DNA from: Candidatus Paracaedimonas acanthamoebae
GTDB lineage: Bacteria > Pseudomonadota > Alphaproteobacteria > Caedimonadales > Caedimonadaceae
NCBI GenBank assembly: GCA_000743035.1
Contig: CP008936.1
Coordinates: 1,200,001 to 1,232,000 of the forward strand
DNA: 32,000 nt
Direction: 5' to 3'
Part shown: in pieces, positions 27,495 through 32,000 of the stretch
Position numbering within the stretch: the first letter of the stretch is position 1
Layout of the letters: every line of letters starts with the position of its first letter
The notes under the pieces: generated by a model
Told to the model about the DNA's origin: nothing
Databases searched by the model: none
What the model saw: only the letters and a program-made list of their open reading frames with translations
Translations under genes and position numbers: made by a program

Positions 27495-27579
27495 TGGTGC
27501 GGGCGGAGGGACTTGAACCCCCATGGCTTGCGCCGCCAGAACCTAAATCTGGTGTGTCTGCCAATTCCACCACGCCCGC
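27495..27579 (-). tRNA. trnL: tRNA-Leu (anticodon TAG), long variable arm
   Basis: Minus strand: GCGGGCG TG GTGG AATTGGCAGA CAC A CCAGA TTTAGGT TCTGG CGGCGCAAGCCAT GGGGG TTCAAGT CCCTC CGCCCGC A CCA. It is 85 nt and lies 35 nt upstream of tig. Confidence 0.92.
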
Positions 27580-27850
27580 GAAAGGCTTTACTAAGCCCTT
27601 ATCTATAAATTAAAATCCTAAACAATTCGTTAAGGAGATCTCTTTCATAGCGTTGATCTCATGAAAAAGCAATGGCTCCGCATAAAATATATTGCGCCCT
27701 AGATCTACGTTCAGAAACCCATCCCTATCATTTCTTATTTCAAGGCTTTTTGAGATAACCTAAACTGAAGAACGCGAAGTCCAACTTTTTAAGGTTTTTA
27801 AGGCATATAGCCGTCTATATCTCTAATATATAACTCCAGAAACCCTCGCC

Positions 27851-28573
27851 TTAGAGCGCTACAATCTTGCCGTTTTTAACCGTTCCTTGAATTTTAGCTC
27901 CCGCCTCCATGAGCACTTCTCCGTTTTCATCAAACATAATATCTCCTTTGACCAAGGTATTCCCTTTTAACAAGACTTGTTGCACTTTTACTCTTTTGCC
28001 CGTGTTCTGAACATGTAGACTTGAAAGCTTGGCATGATGAAACTCCATTTTCTCAGCAGCAACGGAAAGATGTTTCTCAAAAGAAGTATCCCTCGCGACC
28101 AACCCACCATTAATAACGGCCTCCCCCTTAATATAAGTTTGTGAAAGGCTCACTCCACCATTAACATTTAGAGCTCCAAATTCTCCCTGCTGCACATTTA
28201 AACCACCATCAATATTCGTTTGTCCCTTAACTGTTGAGTTTGTGAGCTCTGCACCCCCATTAACCTGGACATCGGCAAAAGTCACCTTTTTGGCTGTTAA
28301 AGCGCCATCAACGGCTGTCTTCCCTTTAACTTGAGATTCCTCTAACACAGCACTTCCATTAACCATCAAACTATTTAATTCAGCCTTTCTTGCTACAAGA
28401 CTTCCATCAACTCTCGTCTCTGAAAGAACATGAGTGCCATCAAGAACAATAGCTCCGTCAGCCTTCACCTCGTTTAAGGTTCCTGGCCCAATATTTTGGA
28501 CACCTACTCCCCATCCCGAAGCGACACAAAAACTCCATAACAAAATAAATTGCTTACAATCTAATCTCATCAT
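27851..28573 (-). CDS. Hypothetical exported protein with four 33-35 aa tandem beta-helix-like (bactofilin-like) repeats
   Basis: The 240-aa ORF has a hydrophobic N-terminus, MMRLDCKQFILLWSFCVASGWGVGV. It is followed by the repeat units VNGxAxLxxSxVKGxTxVDGxLxAxKxxFxxLx. I recognise no enzyme motif. Confidence 0.65.
   Translation of the reverse strand: MMRLDCKQFILLWSFCVASGWGVGVQNIGPGTLNEVKADGAIVLDGTHVLSETRVDGSLVARKAELNSLMVNGSAVLEESQVKGKTAVDGALTAKKVTFADVQVNGGAELTNSTVKGQTNIDGGLNVQQGEFGALNVNGGVSLSQTYIKGEAVINGGLVARDTSFEKHLSVAAEKMEFHHAKLSSLHVQNTGKRVKVQQVLLKGNTLVKGDIMFDENGEVLMEAGAKIQGTVKNGKIVAL
28064..28468 (-). repeat. Four diverged ~99-105 nt tandem coding repeats inside the exported-protein gene
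   Basis: The protein units align as VKADGAIVLDGTHVLSETRVDGSLVARKAELNSLM / VNGSAVLEESQVKGKTAVDGALTAKKVTFADVQ / VNGGAELTNSTVKGQTNIDGGLNVQQGEFGALN / VNGGVSLSQTYIKGEAVINGGLVARDTSFEKHLS. On the plus strand, ccattaac recurs at ~28156, ~28255 and ~28354, a 99-nt period. Confidence 0.7.
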
Positions 28574-28650
28574 TTAATTCCCTTTTTTCCTTATTCTTAT
28601 TATAGTACCATAAACAACAGAAAAAAGCGACCAGAAAACACTTTTTAAAC

Positions 28651-29979
28651 ATGATTTTATCTTCTCATTCTCCCGCCTCAGCTGACCCAATTACGGATGT
28701 GGAATTTGCGCAGGCAATGACTAAATTTGGTCCTTTCGAGCCACACCCCCATCTTGCCGTAGCTGTATCCGGCGGGGCTGATAGCCTCGCACTAACCCTG
28801 TTAGCCAATCGGTGGGTTAAAAACCACGCAGGTTCCCTAACAGCCCTGACCATTGATCATCAGCTACGCTCCACCTCAACGCAAGAAGCGCATCAAGTTC
28901 AGCAATGGCTGGCAGCCTACGGTATTAAGACGGTGATCCTCCCATGGTCAGAAGAAAAATCAGGGCGTCGACTTCAAGAAAAAGCACGTAAGGTGCGCTA
29001 TCAAAAACTTGAAGAATGGTGTCGCGAACATGGCGTTTTGCACCTTCTCTTGGGCCATCATCTGGAAGACCAACTAGAAACCGTTAGCATGCGCGCCGAA
29101 AAGGGATCAGGAATTGAGGGCATTGCAGGAATGTCTGCGCTTGTTGAAAAACCTTACCATCGTCTTCTTCGCCCTCTTCTCTCGCACACTAAAAGCCGAC
29201 TTCAAGCAACCTTAATAAACTATCATCAATCATGGATTGAAGATCCAAGCAATCAGAACCCAAGATTTAAGCGCGTTACATTAAGAAGCAAGGCGCCTAA
29301 ATTTTCTCCTGCTGAAATTCATTCATTTGGACAAGCAAGGCGCCACCATGAAGAAGCTTTAAACATTTTAATCCCTAAAATTGTCATTCCTTTCCCACAA
29401 GGATATGCCTTCCTAAACTATCAAGCATGGTCCCAGCTCGATTTGGAGAGCCAGCTCGGCATTACACAACGGCTTCTTATGACCTATGGCGTCAACCCTT
29501 ACCCCCCTGTAAGAGAAAGCCTTTATAAGCTTGCCCAGCACTTTCAGGAAGCCTCTTCTCCACGAACTTTAAATGGATGCCTCATTTCGCGTTATCGCGA
29601 GAAATATCTCCTTTTTATGCGAGAGCCTGGCGCAATCCAGCATGAAATTGAGCTAAGTGATCCAACAAATACGATACCCCTCTTCTGGGATCAACGTTTT
29701 AGGATTCATCTCTTTTCCCCTTTACAAGGGCATCATACTTTAAAGGCTTTAGGCCAAAAAGGATGGGTATCTATAAAAAAGGTGCTCGAAGATCAAGAAG
29801 AGCTTTTACCTTACCCTGTGGCGCTTACTCTCCCTAGCATTTGGCAGCAAGATCAGCTTGTTTCCATACCCTCTGTTTTTAAGATTCGCTCAAACCAAAC
29901 CTTTACACTTTTCCAAGAAAACGCTATAAAGTTTTTACCATGTTATCCACTTACACGATTTACGTTTACAATTGCTTAA
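28651..29979 (+). CDS. tilS: tRNA(Ile)-lysidine synthase
   Basis: The 442-aa ORF has the PP-loop motif SGGADSLAL, then HLLLGHHLEDQLET and DPSN motifs. It sits upstream of ftsH, the usual bacterial tilS-ftsH arrangement. The exact start is uncertain because no clear SD precedes it. Confidence 0.9.
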   Translation: MILSSHSPASADPITDVEFAQAMTKFGPFEPHPHLAVAVSGGADSLALTLLANRWVKNHAGSLTALTIDHQLRSTSTQEAHQVQQWLAAYGIKTVILPWSEEKSGRRLQEKARKVRYQKLEEWCREHGVLHLLLGHHLEDQLETVSMRAEKGSGIEGIAGMSALVEKPYHRLLRPLLSHTKSRLQATLINYHQSWIEDPSNQNPRFKRVTLRSKAPKFSPAEIHSFGQARRHHEEALNILIPKIVIPFPQGYAFLNYQAWSQLDLESQLGITQRLLMTYGVNPYPPVRESLYKLAQHFQEASSPRTLNGCLISRYREKYLLFMREPGAIQHEIELSDPTNTIPLFWDQRFRIHLFSPLQGHHTLKALGQKGWVSIKKVLEDQEELLPYPVALTLPSIWQQDQLVSIPSVFKIRSNQTFTLFQENAIKFLPCYPLTRFTFTIA

Positions 29980-30048
29980 CTAAATCGAGACATAATGCAT
30001 TGCATGAATCTAGAATGCGACAATTGAAATACGAAGGAAAACAACAAA

Positions 30049-31950
30049 TTGAATAATTTAGGTAGAAATCTCATTTTATGGATTATTATTGGCCTCTTCC
30101 TTACAGCCGTTTTTCATATGTTCCAAGGCGAAAAAGAACCCTCTCATAATAAAAACCTCATCTTTTCAGAATTCTTAAGTGATATCGAACAAGGAAATGT
30201 GAAAGATGTTGTGATTAAAGGCGATGTTGTCAATGGTCGTTTATCCGATGGACGCTCGTTCTCAACCATTGTTCCTAACTATCCTCAACTTGTTGAGAAA
30301 CTTACTGAAAAAGGTGTTGCAATTTCTGTTGCACCCGCTGAAGAAGGTGGATCGACCTTTTTCCAAATTTTAATCTCTTGGTTTCCTATGCTTCTTCTTA
30401 TTGGCGTCTGGATTTTCTTCCTTCGTCAAATGCAATCAGGCAATAACCGGGCTTTAGGATTTGGAAAGTCGCGGGCACGCCTTTTGAATGAAAAAGCAGG
30501 TCGCGTCATGTTTTCTAATGTCGCAGGATGTCAAGAAGCAAAAGAAGAAGTCTCTGAAATCGTTGAATATTTAAAAGATCCGCAAAAATTCCAAAAATTA
30601 GGCGGAAAAATTCCTAAAGGCGTTCTTTTAGTTGGCTCTCCTGGAACTGGTAAAACACTTCTTGCACGCGCGATTGCGGGTGAAGCTAACGTTCCGTTCT
30701 TCTCAATCTCTGGTTCTGATTTCGTTGAAATGTTTGTTGGTGTGGGTGCTAGCCGTGTTCGCGATTTATTTGAACAAGGTAAAAAGAATGCACCATGCAT
30801 TATTTTTATTGATGAGATCGATGCTGTAGGCCGTCATCGTGGAGCTGGTCTTGGCGGTGGCAACGATGAACGTGAGCAAACACTGAACCAATTGCTTGTC
30901 GAAATGGATGGCTTTGAATCAAATGAAGGTGTCATCCTGATTGCTGCGACCAATAGGCCCGATGTTCTTGATCCCGCTCTTATGCGTCCAGGCCGCTTTG
31001 ATCGTCAAGTTATTGTCCCCTTGCCAGATATTATAGGGCGTGAGGAAGTCCTTAAGGTTCATATGGCGAAAGTTCCTCTTGCCTCCGATGTCGATGCAAA
31101 AGTGCTTGCGCGCGGAACACCTGGTTTTTCTGGCGCAGACCTTGCCAACCTTGTAAATGAGGCTGCTCTTAATGCAGCTCGCCAGAATAAGCGCGCCGTG
31201 ACGATGAGCGATTTTGAACATGCCAAAGATAAAGTCATGATGGGGCCCGAAAGACGTTCCATGGTGATGACGGATGAAGAAAAGAAATTGACCGCTTATC
31301 ACGAAGCAGGACATGCCATTGTTGCCCTCCATACGATTGATTCTGATCCCATTCATAAAGCAACGATTATTCCTCGAGGCCGAGCCCTTGGTATGGTTGT
31401 ACGCCTTCCAGAAAATGATCGAGTTTCTATGTCGCGAGCCAAGCTTTTAGCAGACCTTGCCGTTGCCATGGGCGGAAGAATTGCTGAAGAGCTCATCTTT
31501 GGGGCTGAAAAAATTACGACGGGTGCTTCCTCTGATATTCGTCATGCAACCGAAATTGCTCGGCGTATGGTCACTGAATGGGGCATGAGCGACGCCATGG
31601 GTCCTTTAAGTTATGGGGAACCAACTCAAGAAGTGTTTTTGGGACATTCTGTCACTCAGCACAAAAATGTTTCCGATTCAACAGCAACTCAAATTGACAA
31701 AGAAATACGGAAAATCGTTGAGAATTCTTATGATCGTGCTCGTCAAATTCTAAGTAATAACCTCCATCAGTTACATGGTCTAGCTAAGGGCTTATTAGAA
31801 TATGAAACGCTTTCAGGCGATGAAATTAGCGCTTTATTAAAAGGTGAAAAGATTGAAAAAACGACATCTACATCACCTGACAAGCCTAAAAAGCCTCGCT
31901 CTTCAACACCAACACGAAAGCCAACTCTTTCGCCAGAGCCCTCTGCTTAA
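30049..31950 (+). CDS. ftsH: ATP-dependent zinc metalloprotease FtsH
   Basis: The 633-aa ORF has two N-terminal TM segments, Walker A GSPGTGKT, the SRH region and the zinc site HEAGHA. It starts at TTG 30049, giving [14 protein letters not shown], the typical FtsH N-terminus. Confidence 0.97.
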   Translation: MNNLGRNLILWIIIGLFLTAVFHMFQGEKEPSHNKNLIFSEFLSDIEQGNVKDVVIKGDVVNGRLSDGRSFSTIVPNYPQLVEKLTEKGVAISVAPAEEGGSTFFQILISWFPMLLLIGVWIFFLRQMQSGNNRALGFGKSRARLLNEKAGRVMFSNVAGCQEAKEEVSEIVEYLKDPQKFQKLGGKIPKGVLLVGSPGTGKTLLARAIAGEANVPFFSISGSDFVEMFVGVGASRVRDLFEQGKKNAPCIIFIDEIDAVGRHRGAGLGGGNDEREQTLNQLLVEMDGFESNEGVILIAATNRPDVLDPALMRPGRFDRQVIVPLPDIIGREEVLKVHMAKVPLASDVDAKVLARGTPGFSGADLANLVNEAALNAARQNKRAVTMSDFEHAKDKVMMGPERRSMVMTDEEKKLTAYHEAGHAIVALHTIDSDPIHKATIIPRGRALGMVVRLPENDRVSMSRAKLLADLAVAMGGRIAEELIFGAEKITTGASSDIRHATEIARRMVTEWGMSDAMGPLSYGEPTQEVFLGHSVTQHKNVSDSTATQIDKEIRKIVENSYDRARQILSNNLHQLHGLAKGLLEYETLSGDEISALLKGEKIEKTTSTSPDKPKKPRSSTPTRKPTLSPEPSA

Positions 31951-32000
31951 AGGGAGCCAGAGAAAAAAGACGGATAAATAAACGTCATTTCGAGGCCTCT

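Noticed and set aside
26092-27573. A 493-aa version of the trigger factor ORF starting at 27573.
   Set aside because: The extra 38 codons (MVELADTPDLGSGGASHGGSSPSART..) are simply the translation of tRNA-Leu(TAG) at 27495-27579 and its spacer. Trigger factor homology starts at MQMTQKK (27459).
28651-29250. Elevated GC (~50-55% in hand-counted lines) at the 5' half of tilS as a sign of horizontal transfer.
   Set aside because: tilS sits in its canonical position upstream of ftsH. Other core genes here (tuf, parts of ftsH) reach similar GC locally. A few 60-nt hand counts are too noisy to support a transfer claim.

Overview
This is an AT-rich (roughly 40% GC by eye) alphaproteobacterial-type chromosome segment made almost entirely of core housekeeping genes. 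The low GC and several decayed genes suggest a host-associated or intracellular lineage (Rickettsiales/Holosporales-like); that is inference only.

Layout, left to right:
- 1-4711 (-): tRNA-Tyr, tRNA-Gly, tuf, tRNA-Trp, secE, nusG, rplK, rplA, rplJ and rplL (3' partial).
- (+): recJ-comF-grxC, then hupB.
- ~8.1-10.1 kb: an AT-rich accessory islet holding an orphan signal-peptide protein and a decayed ANT-type aminoglycoside nucleotidyltransferase.
- (-): lpdA-lipA-ratA.
- (+): an ompR/envZ-like pair translationally coupled to rlmJ.
- (-): an orphan cytoplasmic PAS histidine kinase.
- ~16.9-18.7 kb: a gene-poor decay zone with an EamA/DMT transporter pseudogene, a polypyrimidine tract, and a ~200 nt GC spike that reads as an IscS/NifS active-site relic.
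- (+): rpmJ (41 aa, too short for the ORF track), rpoZ, spoT.
- (-): lon, clpX, clpP, tig, tRNA-Leu.
- (-): an isolated, apparently exported protein built from four 33-35 aa tandem beta-helix-like repeats.
- (+): tilS-ftsH.

I saw no CRISPR array, IS/transposase, integrase, phage genes, rRNA or recognisable defence or toxin-antitoxin module. I do not find a convincing multi-gene novel system. The items most worth follow-up are the exported repeat protein, the orphan secreted protein, and three independent gene relics that mark ongoing genome reduction.
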